DNA of 64,000 nt from assembly GCF_009914755.1 (NCBI RefSeq), contig NC_060925.1; one strand, written 5' to 3'. Position numbers and translations under genes: made by a program. Origin of the DNA: the human T2T-CHM13v2.0 reference genome, Homo sapiens. Below, piece by piece: positions 11,187 to 26,145 of this stretch. How positions within the stretch are numbered: the first letter of the stretch is position 1; each line of letters begins with the position of its first letter. Under the pieces are notes generated by a model. It saw only the letters and a list, made by a program, of their open reading frames with translations, searched no databases and had not been told where the DNA came from.

Positions 11187-11340
11187 AGACGGAATTTCAC
11201 TCTGTTGCCCAGGCTGGAGTGCAGTGGTACAATCACGACTCACTGCAGCCTGGACCTCCCAGGCTCAAGTGATCCTCCTACCTCAGCCTCCTGAGTAGCT
11301 GGGACCACAGGTGCACACCAGCATGCCCAGCTTTCTTTTT
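11187..11340 (-). mobile_element. Alu right arm (AluJ/FRAM-like)
   Basis: agacggaatttcactctgttgcccaggctggagtgcagtgg... Confidence 0.85.
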
Positions 11341-12764
11341 GAATTTGAAAGATTTTAGAGCTGGTGACCTTAGGTCTTTTAGTTATTTTGACGGTGGGTA
11401 AAAAGGTCCAGAAGGTGAGGTGATGTTTCCAGAGCTGTAAACTGTGCTGCAACACCAGTAACAGGACTTCTCCGGGGAGGTTGTGCATAATTTCCCTCCA
11501 CACTCCTGAAATACCTCCCAACCATGCCTGCTTAGCAATGGTTAGCACACATTCACTGTCCACACCGTGTCTAGCTCTCTGTATAGAGGTGGTGGTGGTG
11601 AGGCGTGGTCCCTCCCCTCGAAGGCCAGGTATGGCTGAGGTCTGGGCAGCCTCTTCAGCCAGGAGCATGGGCACAGCAACTCCAGGGCTGAGCAGGGAGG
11701 GCCACAGCCCCTCCTGTGGGTACTGGCTTGCCTGACTTTGAGGAGCATGACTGAGTTGGTGTAGTTTATCCTCCTCCTAATTCTGAGAAGCAGACATCTT
11801 TGTGTCCCCATAGTCCAGAGCCTGCTGGGTGGCCTTGCAGCTGCTGTGGCAGAACGGCATCATGGGTCCTGTGTGTGGCCTGCCGACCCTCGCCATGGCC
11901 CTGGTGGGGAGTGGGTGGCCCTGGAGGGGGTGGGTCCTGTGTATGGCCCACTGGGCCCTTGCTGTGACCCTGGGGGTGTAGCTAGGTTGACCATGGTACT
12001 GAAGGTCTTGGCGCCCTCTTCTGTGTCTCCTGAGGGGCCATGTGGGGTGCTCAGGTGAGTATTCCCCGGTTGCAGAGGAAGGTGCAGTGAGATACCTGCT
12101 GCCTAGGGCTCCCTCTGGCCTCCTCCTGGTGGTGAGAGATGGTGTCGCCTAGGAAGGGCGGCTCTGGCCCACCCACGGATCTGCTTGGCCTTGGTGTGTG
12201 CTGCAAACCCACCTGTCAGGCCCTCCCCAGAAGAGGAGGCCAGCCTTAAATCTCCTAGAGCCTTCCTGGGCAGGGAGAGTGCGAGGTGCTTTGTGTTTGT
12301 TGATGTTGGGGTTCCCTGCAGTCTGGCTGAGACAGGTTCTCACAAGGCCTCCCGTGGGCTCCGGCCTCCCATGGGCTCCAGCCTCCCTGAGCCCCGCCTC
12401 TCCTCTGTGACTGGGTGCTGTAGTCACTGCTGGCCTCGGCCCCTTGCTGCCTCTGCATTGCGTGTTCGAGACTACAGAAGGCTCACCTTCCCGGCAGTCC
12501 CAGGCCTTGCAGGCTCTTCTAGAAGGTTCTCTGACACCTGCTCCCTTCACTGCTCAGTGGCAGTCACAGGCCGTGTCATCGTTGCTGGTCTTTGAATGTC
12601 ACTATCTGTCTGCTCCCCTGGACCTCCCTTGGTGCCTGGACTGTGTCCTTTGTCTCCTTAGATACCCATACCCTAAGAGCTGCTTTCTTGGAGTTGGGAG
12701 ACGGGGTCAGCCAAGGTGCCCTGGGTTCCTTGAGCTTTCACCACAATAAGCTGTCTACAGCATC

Positions 12765-15700
12765 CCTCGAACCCTGACATTTTTATTATTTGTAAGTCTC
12801 GTATCTTATTGTGTGTTGATGATAGAATTCTCTTACTTAATATAGCAGCTTCCTTTTCAGCTTCTCCTAATCTCAGGTACAGCCGACCTTCAGTACCTGT
12901 GGTTTGGTCCCAGGACCTCCTGCAGACGCCGAGGTCCCTGGTGTGAAGTGGCGTGGTATCACGTGTCCTCTCTGTGCGTCCTGCCATCAGCCTTATGTCA
13001 TCTCTGTCACTTACAAGCCTGCCACGGTGGCGTGCTGTGGTTGGTGCTGTGTTGCTTAGGGAATAAAGACAGGAAAAACAGTCTGTGTATGTTCAGTGCA
13101 GGGACAGCTTTTTTTTTTTTTTTTTAGTATTTTTTGACCTGTGGGTTGTTGAATCCACGGATGTGGAGCCCAAGGATGTGGCGGGCTGGCTGTACTGGTG
13201 ATTAGTGATCAGTTCACACGAGCAATGAGAGCTGGTGATCTGGACTGATCTACAGAGTGGACACCAACAGCTGATTGGCATGTATGCATGTCTGGGAAAT
13301 TCAGTCCTGACCTTTCTACGGAGATTTAAGAGGAATACTGGGAGGTATTTGTGGAATACTTAAGCCACATCAGCGTAGAAGTTAAATTCATTGTGCTGTG
13401 AAGGAGTCGGGTCATTTCGCTTTAATGTGGCCCCTTACTTTTGTATATATTGAGCACATTGCAAGTGAAGTTTCCTCCCCCTCCTCTCTTCCCCTTCTCC
13501 CTCCCTCCCCCTCCTCTCCTTCCTCCTCATCCTTCTGTGTGTGAGCTTTTGTGGTTAGGTGTTGTCTATGGCCAGCTCTGTTCAGATACTAAAAACAGAG
13601 AGACCAATGGCAGATCCTGGGTGTGGCAACGCCCTGGCAGTCATGAAACAGGTGGATTCAAGAAAACGGCAGGCCCTAGGCGCTCCTGCCTGCCAGGCCA
13701 AGCTAGTGCTTGTGGGTGCTCCTGGGTGCTCCCAGGGATAGTCCTGCCTCGGGGAGTGGCTGTGCTGTGCCAAGCACCTGGGAGCGCCCTGCTGACCTCA
13801 TGAGGCTGTGGGGCCACACAACTGTCAGCCCCACTCAGGGATAGGGGCAGGAGGGAGGGGCTCGCTCACTTGCCTGAGCCCACAGCCTTGGGTGGAGCTG
13901 GTTGCCCTGACTCTGCACCTGTATTGTCGGTGAGAGGAAGCGTGCCAGGATCTGTGTGGCCTGTGTGGCTGTGCTCTTCTCCCTGGGCTTTTGCCTGAGG
14001 CAGTGGTTTCAAATGCTCTTGGAATTGTAGCACCCAGCTGAAATTTAGTTCTGGTACACCTGTCATGCATGCGTTTATTAATTTTAATGTGATTTTCTAT
14101 TGTTTGTTATAAACATCCAATAAACCTTTAATTGAACCATTATGTACAGAAATACCAACGAATCAAAACAGAGCATGCAAAATCACAAGTGCACCCAGGG
14201 CAAGGGGTGGACAGAAGCAGCCCCACAGAGGCCCCTGCAGGGCCTTCCCCTCTCCCCAGGTGCAGCCATCTTCCTGACCTCCTAATGTTGAACTTTTCAT
14301 ATGCTTACTTTCCAAACGAAATAAAATTTGTAGAAAGTCTTGATGTCCCCGAATAGAAACATCTTAGGGTGTTGTGAGCTGAGAGCGGGTGTGTGGCATT
14401 TGCTGCCTAAATACTTAGTGGCATCAGAGAGCAGTCTGGTGTGAAGGACCCACACCCCAGAATAGAGTGGCCTTGCAGATGTCATACACATCACCCAGGG
14501 GCTACATGGGTCTGAGACGGCTTCTACCTTCCTGTAGGAGGCCCCAGCCTTGATGGTCTCAGCTGTCTCGGCACAGCGGGCTTCCTGTCTGCCTGGGTCC
14601 CAGGTGGATGCTACACACATGGTGGATCAGTGTCACAGCTGGAGAGCCCCGGGTTCAGGAACTCCCCCATGCTGTAATGGGCATGTCAGCAAGACAAGCC
14701 TGCTTACCTCTGCCCCCAGAGGAGACGGCATCCTTAGTACCCGGCTCACATCCTCTCTCTGGCCAAGAGGGAGAAACCAGTCGCAGCCCCAGGCTGCTCG
14801 CCACGCAGGCATTCTGGAAAACAGTCTGGGCCAAAGCTGCCACGGACACTCAGGGATGTGAGGAGAGGTGCATCCCATCCACATCCACCCAGTCTCATCC
14901 TGTCTAGGCTTCCAGCGGGATTTCTCATTGATTAGCCTGGCTGGGACCAAATCTGTCCAGTCACAGGGCATTCAGTCAAGGCTGCCACCTCAGCCATGCC
15001 CCAGGGGCCCAGCTGCACAGACATCTGAAAGCCCCAAACATCCATCCCATTCACTCAGTGACAGGTTGTTGCCAAGGAGGGTAATTAATGAAATGGGGCC
15101 CTTCCCCTCTCATGACTTCCAGCCAGATGAGCAGGCGGCACCCTCCATGTGCTGAGTGCCATGCCCCAGAAGGAGGACAGGTGTGGGAGAAGGTGGGTGG
15201 GGCTCCATCTGTGGCCACATGGGTATTCTGTGGACTGGGGACCTAGCCAGGCAGCCCCCACAGTCCAGCCACACCTCCTTCCCTGCAGTGGTTGCACACC
15301 CTGTGGTCTGCGTGTGACGACATATTGTGCGTTCTCAGATGGCTGTGTCCTCATACAATTAAGGTCCCATTTGATGCAAGCTCTTCCAATGCAGGTGTGG
15401 CTTTTCAGTGTGTCTTGTCTAGACTTGTGTTGGGGGCATGGTGTCCAGTGCAGCAGTTACATGAAAGACCTGGCTCTTAAGAGTGTAACTGCATGAGCTG
15501 CAGGAACCAGGGACGGATCAGGGTAGGTGGTGCCCAGCAGATAATTTGGCACATAGCAGGACTCATGAACGTGCTGCCAGAATGAGGAGGACCCCACAGC
15601 CTCTAGCTGTGCCATGGAAAGCCCACACTTTTTGATGTCTGGGGGGATTACACTGGCTGGCTGTCCTGTTTGTATAAGTAAAGTCACGTTACAGTGAAAT

Positions 15701-16125
15701 TCTGTGAGAGAAGTGGGAGAAATGCCACCCTACCCTTGGACCTTTCTCTGCTGTCAGAACCTTGGTGAGGCATCCCCGGCCTGGCTCTGGCCCTGGCAGA
15801 GTCCTGCACTCGTGCCTGGATCTTGCACAAGGCCCTCTTGTTTTCTTAACCTTACATTATCTGTACGATGAGACAGTTGGGCTGCATGTTCCATGAGGAT
15901 TCGTTCAAATCTATCATCCAAGACTTTCCAAACTGTACTGATAAATGTAGATGTGAAAACATGATAGGACACCTTCATTGCTTGCAGCTATGTAAAACTA
16001 CATACGCACAATAAGTTAGTACGCGTACGTGTTACTACTCAGTTCTGTAGAACGCTATAAGGTTAGGTGGGGTTATGAGAAGGGAAAACGCTTGTCTGCA
16101 GGATTGTTTTCTCTATGCAATGAAG
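12765..16125 (-). ncRNA. Possible antisense lncRNA in SNAP47 intron 1 (SNAP47-AS1 from recall; boundaries approximate)
   Basis: Minus-strand AATAAA at 12782-12787 and donor-like AT|gtaagg at 15856; the existence of the gene is recalled, not shown by sequence. Confidence 0.3.
12880..13192 (+). mobile_element. MER2 (TcMar-Tigger) DNA transposon
   Basis: TA-flanked cagccg...ggctg termini; ttgaatccacggatgtggagccc and agtctgtgtatgttcagt match MER2. Confidence 0.75.
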
Positions 16126-16669
16126 TTGATGAATGGAAGTTTCCAAAGGGGAATGTGCATCTAGAGGGAACATTATGGCCAAAAGACAGCGCTCCTTGGA
16201 ACGGTCTGAGAGTACGTCCTGGGACTGAGGTCCGAGGCCCAGGGCCCTGGCAAAGTCTCCAGTGATGTCCTCCTCAAGTCTCGTCCAGCAGTGGACACTG
16301 ATCCAAGCAGGGTGGCTTTGCTGGGTGCAGGGGCACAGAGTGTGGTGAGGGGGATGACAGTGTGAACCCTCTGCCTGGGGGATGGGCATAAGTCTGGGAC
16401 TCAGGGGTCCTGGTTCCAAACCAGCCCTCCTGCTCTGGCTGCTCTTCCTTCACCTGCTGAGAGGGTACATGGGCTTCGTCATGCAGCCACAGGTGGATCG
16501 AGAGTCAGCCACGTGCTGCAGCCTGTGTGAGCCCAGAGCCGCAGGGGAGGCAGCATCCTTGTGGGGTTGCTTGTGTCTCCAGTCCATGGGTGACGGCAGA
16601 ACGTTACTGTCTCTTCTCCTTCAGAGGCAGAAGAGGCCTGGACCTTGGCGCACACAGACCCAGGAACAG

Positions 16670-17166
16670 ATGAGCAGGGATGTCTGCATCCACACCTGGC
16701 CGTGCACCTACTACCTGGAGCCCAAGAGGCGATGGGTTACTGGACAGCTGTCCTTAACATCGCTGTCGCTCAGGTTCATGACTGACAGCACTGGAGAGAT
16801 TCTGGTCAGCTTCCCCCTCTCCAGCATAGTTGAGATCAAGAAGGAGGCTTCACATTTTATCTTCAGCTCCATCACCATCCTGGAGAAGGGCCATGCCAAG
16901 CACTGGTTCAGCTCCCTGCGGCCAAGTCGAAATGTGGTCTTCAGCATCATCGAGCATTTCTGGAGGGAGCTGCTGCTGTCTCAGCCTGGAGCCGTGGCAG
17001 ACGCATCTGTCCCAAGGACCCGGGGCGAGGAGCTGACGGGACTCATGGCTGGATCCCAGAAACGCCTGGAGGACACGGCGAGGGTCCTGCACCACCAGGG
17101 CCAGCAGCTGGACAGCGTCATGAGAGGCCTGGACAAGATGGAGTCAGACCTGGAGGTGGCGGACAG
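16670..17166 (+). CDS. SNAP47: SNAP47 exon 2 coding part (exon begins 16625): PH-like domain plus first (Qb) SNARE motif
   Basis: Acceptor ctcttctccttcag|AGG at 16625; MSRDVCIHTWPC...HHQGQQLDSVMRGLDKMESDLEVAD; donor AG|gtggg. Confidence 0.96.
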
Positions 17167-17516
17167 GTGGGCTTGCTGTGTACACTTTGCAAGGCACACA
17201 CAGAGTAAGATGCACATGTGTGGAGGCTCACAGGCACTGTTCCAGGCCACTGCACCATATTTGCACACATCCAGCATTCTGAGATCCTGGCTGTGCACCT
17301 GCTGTACATGCTTAGTGGGTACGCACATTAAGATCCAGCACTCGGAAAGCGAGGCTGTGAATACACGGTACACTCTGCTGGAAACACACCGTGAGATCTG
17401 AGTGAGTGCTGGCTCACTGGGTGCCTGGCACCACTGCCGTCCACTGCACCATGCTGAGTCCACACCCAGCAAGCAGAGACTGTGCTGTGACCTCCTGTAC
17501 ACATTCCTCTGTTTCT

Positions 17517-17736
17517 GGCTCCTATGTGGTGATGGGGACAGGCCCTGGCCTCTGAGGTCACAGAGGATGGAGTGAGGTCTGTCTTGATGACGGCCTCTGT
17601 TAGTGAGGTGTCTCCTGTCAGCATCTGTGGCTCCTATGTGGTAATGGGGATGGGCCCTGGCCTCTGAGGTCACAGAGGGTGGAGTGAGGTCTGTCTTGGT
17701 GACAGTCTCTGTGAGTGAGGTGTCTCCTGTCAGCAT
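17517..17736 (+). repeat. Tandem duplication, period about 112 bp, 2 copies
   Basis: ggctcctatgtggt...tctcctgtcagcat at 17517-17624 and 17629-17736. Confidence 0.92.
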
Positions 17737-18670
17737 TGGCCATTTGTTCATGAGCTATGTTCTTCTGTTATGTTTCTTAGTATGAAAATCCTAGTGTATG
17801 TCCAGAAAATTTCTTCAGTTTGTTTAAGAATGCTTTTCTTTTTCCAAGTCCGATTTTTGCTTTCTGAGTCCTGCTATCTTCTGTTTGGGTACTCCTTTCG
17901 TATTTGGCTTTCTTTTAGTGTTGCTATTCTAGTGTGTGTTTCTGGTTTTTATCTTCCTACCATTTATCATTTGTACTTGTAATTTCTTAGAACTCTTTTG
18001 TGTTCCTCCAGTTTCCTGGAAAAACCTTCGGGTCTTGCGTCATGGCCCGAGCATCTTCTGTGTTTGGATATTATTAATAGCCTTGTTTTGCTTATGGTTT
18101 CTGGGTTTTCAAGGTGCTTGTTTATTGCCTTTTTTGTCGCGGTCGTTTTTCCTAAGATGGTGTGTGTGGGGCTGAGGTATCACCCATGGGCTGTTTACTG
18201 GGACCCTCAGTTCCTCGTCCTGGGGTCCTGTCTGGAGCGTGAGTCTTGGGGGGCTGCTTTCTGGCTCAGGTAGAAAGTTTACTCCCTCTGCCCTCAGGTT
18301 CCATCCAGTCCCTCTTCTGGGATCCGGGGGTGCCCACTTGGGTGGGTCCATCTGGGAGCCGAGGATCTCCCAGTGCAGTGCCACATGGACTTGTGCCTGC
18401 GTGTTGCTGGTTCTTCCTACCTCTGCTGGGAGGGTGCTGGTACTCCCTCCTCATCACCCCATAGGGCTCTGGCACCCTAATTGCATGGTCTCTCAGCATG
18501 CCGCTGCTGGCATACTATCCACCTTCCTGGATTTGCCAGTCTGCCCGCTTTTCAGTGTCAGGCTGCCACTATATTTGTCTGTTTCCTTTGTCTTTGGAGA
18601 AGTGTGTGTTGAGTTTGCCGTCCTTCTCTATTGCTCTCTACCCCTTTTTTAAGGACACGTCCTTGAGAGC

Positions 18671-18780
18671 CTGTGTGTGTGTCTGTGTGTGTCTGTGTGT
18701 CGTCTGTATGTGTATGTGTGTCTGTGTGTTTCTGTTTGTGTCTGTGTGTATTTGTGTGTGTCATCTGTGTGTGTGTGTTT
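18671..18780 (+). repeat. (TG)n-rich microsatellite
   Basis: Directly visible. Confidence 0.9.
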
Positions 18781-20335
18781 CAGTACACATAGCTCAGGTT
18801 TTTACATGCTTTCAATTACTTTTATTATTTCTTGAAAAGTCATTTTGAAGCGTGTTGTTTCTCGTTTTGTGATTGTTCGGAGGAAAGTGAGAACTTCCTC
18901 CTAGCACCCACAGCTGCAGTGGGCAGAACCTCTGTGTCCCTGGAATCCCGCCTTGGCATTGGCCACTGTCCCTCAGCCCTAAGCTGGGGTCATATTGGTG
19001 CATCAGTATTGCATGCAGGTTAGTTGGACTGAGGTCACATCTTGTACTTGACTAAGAGGAGATCCTTTCAGTCAGAGCTTTGCTGGCACAAGGCCGGAGC
19101 CGGAAGATGACAGAGCCCCCGACAATCCCAGCTCTTCTGTGTAGATGGCAGGTGTGTGTTTTGCCCTAGTCAGAGTCTGCAGGGGGCCAGCAGCTGGAGC
19201 CCCACGGACAGTTGCAGGCCGAAGGCCATGACTCTGTTTCTCGGATCAGTTCTTGTTCTTTTAAGGCCTTCAGCAGGTTGCACGGGGCCTGCCCACATTA
19301 CAGGCCGAGCTGCTTTCCTGGGAGTCCGCCAATTTCTATTTAATCTCATGGACACACACCATCACAGACACGTGCAGAGTAGTGCTTGACGACTGGGCCT
19401 TGTGGCCCTGCTATGTGGACACTAATGTGACCATCACAGCCTCCTGGGAGGCACATGCCCTGGCAAGCTGGGACTGGCCCTCTGCCCTCCCGCCTGTGGG
19501 GTTCTGGAGCCCTCCCCATGGTGCCTCCGTCCTGGCTTCTCCCTGCCCTGGCTCGCTGCTGAGGGGTGTCCCTGGGCTGGACCCTGACAGTGTCTGCAGG
19601 GGGAGGCCTGGGGATATTCGCAGAGGACTGAGCCCTGGCCATAGGCGAGGGTGCTGCGGTCCTGGAGGGGAGGCTGTGGGTGCACAATGTGGCTTTCCCT
19701 GCTTCCTGGGGTGTCATCCTCCTCCCAGTCACAGAAAAAACAAATGCCATGGAGAAGGAGCATCTTTTTCTGTGCCCAGCCGAGTTTCTGTGTGGCCACA
19801 TGGCATCAGTGCCAGCGTTGGGTGCACCCAGAGACTGTGTAGAGGGAGATTGGGAGGAGGCTGCCAAGGCACACGATTATCCATGGCATGGACCCAGAGC
19901 CCCCATGTTTGCTATGGACTCCTGCTGGGAAATGAGCCGGGCACCAAGCGATGGGCCTGTCCCTTCTTCTGGAAATGTAGTGGGTGACCCAAAGACTGGC
20001 CGAGCCAGAGAAACAAGAGTTCCACCCACAGTGCCGGCATCTGACCCAGCCCCTGGGCCCCTTTAGTGCTCCCTGAACACTGTGGCTTTGATTGTGCGGT
20101 GAAGAAGAGCCCGCCCTGTGTCGCCCACTCTCCTGGGACAGGCCGTCCTATGTTCACCTGCGTCGGCCTGCACCGCCACGTCTCTCTCCTGCTCAGCAGC
20201 TGTCTCCCAGAGGTAGCCTGCCACCCTGCGCCAGCCCCACCACCTGTCCCACTACCTGTCCTGGCCACCGCAGGCCCCACCGCCGGCCAGGTGCACTCTC
20301 AGCTGATCCTCAGCACCCCCATTCTTGTGTGCTGA

Positions 20336-20998
<663 letters not shown>

Positions 20999-21550
20999 AA
21001 GACTTTGTTTTTAAGTATAATTATTTTTTGCAGCTTTATTGAGGTATTGCTGAGAAAACCTGTGTATATTTCAGGCATGTGGCTTGGTGATGCAGTGTTT
21101 GTACCCACTGTGAAGTCACCACCACAGTCATACGCACGAACACATCTCTCACCTCACATGCCTGTCATTTTGTTCCCTTTTTCTTTTTTTCCTTGAGAAT
21201 GTTAAGAACACCTAAGATCTGTGTTCTTGGCAGATTTCAAGTGTACTATTAGTATGGAGAGCTGCAGCTACCATGTCATTACTGCCCAGAGCTCATTCAT
21301 CCCGTAACTGAAGCTGGTGCCCTTGGCCACTCTCTCCCCGCTTCCCCACCCGCCCCACACCTGCCCTTCTCTCTGTTTCTGTGAGTTTGGCTTCTTTAGG
21401 TCCCACATGCGTCATGCAGGGTTTTTCTCTCTATCTGGTGCCTTTCACTCAGCATAATGTGCTCCAGGTCTGTCCATCTTGGTGAAATGGCAGGATTTCC
21501 TTCTTTTTTGTGGCTGAATAAAATTCCATGGCATATAGACACTGTATTTT

Positions 21551-22062
21551 TGTACCCGAACTCAGGTCTCGGCCACTCATTGCTTGAAAGCCAAAATCCA
21601 AGAGATGAGCTTTGGTGAAAGGAAAGTTAGCTTTATTAAGGAAGCCAGCAACCTCTGGGTGGTAGACTTGTTTTCAAAGATCACCTCCCCTGGAGTTGTG
21701 ACTCCAGATCAGGGGTTTTTAAGGGAAATTAAGGGAGATGATTAAAGCACCCTTGTGAAACCTGCAGAGTCTCAGATGGGCAGTTAATCCTTGCTTTCTT
21801 GGTCAATGCCTTGTGGCCTTCTGCAGGCACCATCAGCCTATTCTTAGGCTGGCCAGCCCATTCCCAGAGCTGTTGGTTCCCAGAGCTGTTGAGTCCCAGA
21901 GTGAGTTGTTGGTTCTCAGAGTTGTTGGTTGGTGTATTTTCTTTTATTTCTGTTGAAGGTCCTGTTTTCCCAAGGCATTTTTAATAATCTGCAGACTCAA
22001 GCAAAGCAATAATTGTGTTCAAGTAAACAAGCTTTTCTCTAACTTGGAGTCAGTACTGTTCC
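21551..22062 (-). mobile_element. LTR element (ERV class, subfamily uncertain)
   Basis: TG...CA termini, tttt flanks, minus-strand AATAAA near 21633. Confidence 0.55.
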
Positions 22063-22191
22063 ATTTTCTCAATCCATCCGTCTGTGGATGGACACGTGGT
22101 TTCCATGCCTTGGCTATAGTGAAGCATGCTGCAGTGAACTTGGGAGTGCCGGTGTCACTTTGAGATACTGGTTTTATTTCCTTTGGCTATT

Positions 22192-22606
22192 GTGGAGGCT
22201 AAAGCAACTCCATCTTGGATACTAATAGGCCTTGTTAACATCTGATTAACCCCATTTCTGGGGATGCCTCTAAGATTTCTACCTCACTTATTGTTCCTTG
22301 TGTAAGAGCAGGTACTTAACCACATACTCTGCCCTTGGGCAGGTTCACGGGGCATTCTTATCTTTTCCTGCCGGGTCTGTCCTACACATATGTCCCCTGT
22401 GGTGCAGAAACCCTGGGTCTGGGGGCCATGGCATGGGATCCACTGCCTCATCTCACTGCTGCCTAAGACACAGACCTGCCTCCCTGTCCATAAGTCGCTG
22501 TTAGATGCTTCCTTCTGAGAAGCGGGGTCTGTCATCCTCTTTCTGCAGCCTCTCAGCTTCCTCACATCGGAGGCAGTTTTACATAGGCCTGCTCACCATG
22601 GAACAG
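22192..22606 (+). mobile_element. ERV1-class solo LTR (MER41/MER66-group-like)
   Basis: Starts tgtggaggctaaagcaactccatcttgg, ends ...ggaaca. Confidence 0.6.
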
Positions 22607-22646
22607 GTGTAAACCCACAAGCAGGATTGCAAAATCATGGTGGTTC

Positions 22647-23495
22647 TGAAATAGGAAAGGTTCCCTTGTCCCCCTCACAGGGCATTCAACAGGGCACTGA
22701 AGCCAGCCACTGAAGCCACGGCTGGCTTCAGTGCCCTGCTGCCCAAACCTCCTAGGGGAGCATACAGACAGGCAGGCTATGGGTCTCCAACCCCACGACA
22801 GCATCTAGGGGTGGATGTTTACTGCTCCTGGAGCCCCAGTGGGTGTGTGCTACCATGTGCTCTTTTAGTTTAGCCATCTGTAGGTGGCTTGTGTTAACCA
22901 GCTCAATTAGACTCTCTACCCTGTTGCAAGGACAGAGGGCTTTCTGTATCCTGGGATTCTTGCCTTGGTGTACCAGAAGAATCAGATTGCACATGGGCTT
23001 GGAAAATAAGTGCAAGGTTTTATTGAGTGGAAGTAGCTCTCAGCAGATGGGGAAGCCCGAAGGGAGATGGTTTTCCCCTGGAGTTGGGCCACTCAGTGGC
23101 CTGGGCTCTCCTCCAACTGCCCCAGCCAAACTCTGCATCATTCTGCCAGTTGGTGGCCTACAGCCGTGCTGGTGCCTGTGTGCATTCCTCTTGACATCCA
23201 GCTGCCCTTGTGTCCCTTTACTGATGTGCTCCTCTTGAGGTCTGGCCACCTGTGTGTCTGCCTGCTAGGGTCTCAGGGTGTTTATAGGCACAGGATGGGG
23301 GTGTGGCAGGCCAGGGTGGTCTTGGGAAGTGCATTTGGGCAGGAAAACAAAAATGCCTGTCTTTACCTTCCTCCATCTGTCCATCCGTAAGGGTGGAGCC
23401 CTAGCCAGGGACCACGCCCTCCTCTACCCAGCATTTCCCTTCCCCTCTTCCATATCATTTAAAGGGACCACGCCCTTCCCTTTCCAGCACTTCCA
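22647..23495 (-). mobile_element. ERV1 LTR (MER61-like) with adjoining internal sequence
   Basis: Reverse complement of ggaagtgctgg...gggcgtggtccctttaaatgat...ggctagggctccaccc. Confidence 0.65.
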
Positions 23496-23858
23496 AAACG
23501 GTTCCTCCTTGATTTTTTGAGGAGCCTCCATGCTGTTTTCCTCAGTGGCTGTATAGAGATTTTTAAAGTGTGTGCACCCATGTCATTGTGTGCTTGGCAG
23601 GTCACCTCACGGCACTGTGATCAGAGCTGGTGGCCTGCCCTGCTCCTTCAGGAGGCACAGGAGCATTGCAGGCCTTTGAGGGGAACACTGAGGAAATGAG
23701 GGGGTCACAGGAAATTGAGAGGACTAAAACCAGGACCTGTGAGAGGGAATCAAAAGTGTTTTGCCTGGAGAGGAAAGCTGACCAAGACTGCCTAAAATAA
23801 CTGATGGCTGTCACTTGAGACCTTTTTCTTTAGAACGCTAAACTAGGTCCTTTAGTTG

Positions 23859-25129
<1,271 letters not shown>

Positions 25130-25499
25130 AGTGGTAAAGTAATAGGAAAGAAAATTTGGCTTAATAAAAGCAACACTTCTGACTATATACAGTTGTTGAA
25201 AGCCTAGTAAGTTGTCACATGAGCAGTGCGTCTCTCATCTCTTTTGGATTGTGTAACGCGACTCACATTGGACCCCAGCCCAGAGGACCTTCAGTCCCCT
25301 TTCAGTTTTGAGATTCCTAGGTATGAGTATGATTTTTCTTCTTTCTTTGTCAATATCAGTTTCCTTTAAGATCTAATTTGCAAATTAGTCACCTTTAAGA
25401 AAATCCCCTGTGCGTGACCAGGTGCCACTTTGATACACAGAATATTTCTGGACCCGGCCCCGGCCATTTAGATCAGGCTCCTGCCTGTCCTTCTGCCTG

Positions 25500-26145
25500 C
25501 TCAGAAGCATCCTACCATCCTCAGCAGTGCCCCGATGGTGGTGGCTCTGCCCACGTGTATTTCCAGCAAACAGTTAGGGTGCTGCCTGTCTGAAATGGGG
25601 TAGATCTTGGAGGGGATGTCCCAATCATGTGGAGAGGCTGGCGAGGGACTTTTGCCTGGGGTCCTGGGGATTGCACCTCCCATGGCGTGTTGCTGCCCAA
25701 CAGCAGCTCTAGGTGTCTGCTTAGGCCAAGTTACCGTGCACAGCACCCAGGGCTGAGCGTCCTGGTCCTGCCATGCCCCACTGTTTCTGGCTGTGCTCAG
25801 GGACGTTTCTCCCTTGGCAGTGCTTCCCATGGGTTGAGGTGGGAGCAGGCCTCCTGCCAGGGAGCCCAAGAGGCAGGGAAGCAGGTTGTTCACCTCGATC
25901 TCACTTTTTCCAGGTTAGAGACTGTGAGTCAGGGGAACTTTCTCCAGATGAGGGACGTCTCAGATGTGGAAGTTCAATTCCCTTAGTCTCTCTAGGAATT
26001 GTTCCTTTCTCTGTGGCTCCAGGGGCCATCCCATTCTCACATTTGAGTTCTGGGATATTGCTGGTGCTGTGCCTTTGTTTCTGGTTTTCAGCTGAAGGAG
26101 TGGAGCCAGCTTGTGTCTATGGCATGATTTTGGAACCAGAAGTCT
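25500..26145 (-). mobile_element. Ancient L1M 5' UTR fragment
   Basis: Ends gcatgattttggaaccagaagtc, the reverse complement of a gacttc.ggttccaaaat-type L1M 5' terminus. Confidence 0.5.

Larger units (their letters stand above)
21020..23555 (-). mobile_element. Old L1M 3' region split by three LTR insertions
   Basis: Contiguous L1 3'UTR consensus resumes at about 22062, 22607 and 23510. Confidence 0.7.

Noticed and set aside
16382-17401. 339-aa ORF as a single-exon gene
   Set aside because: It is SNAP47 exon 2 with open intronic flanks; clear splice sites at 16625 and 17166
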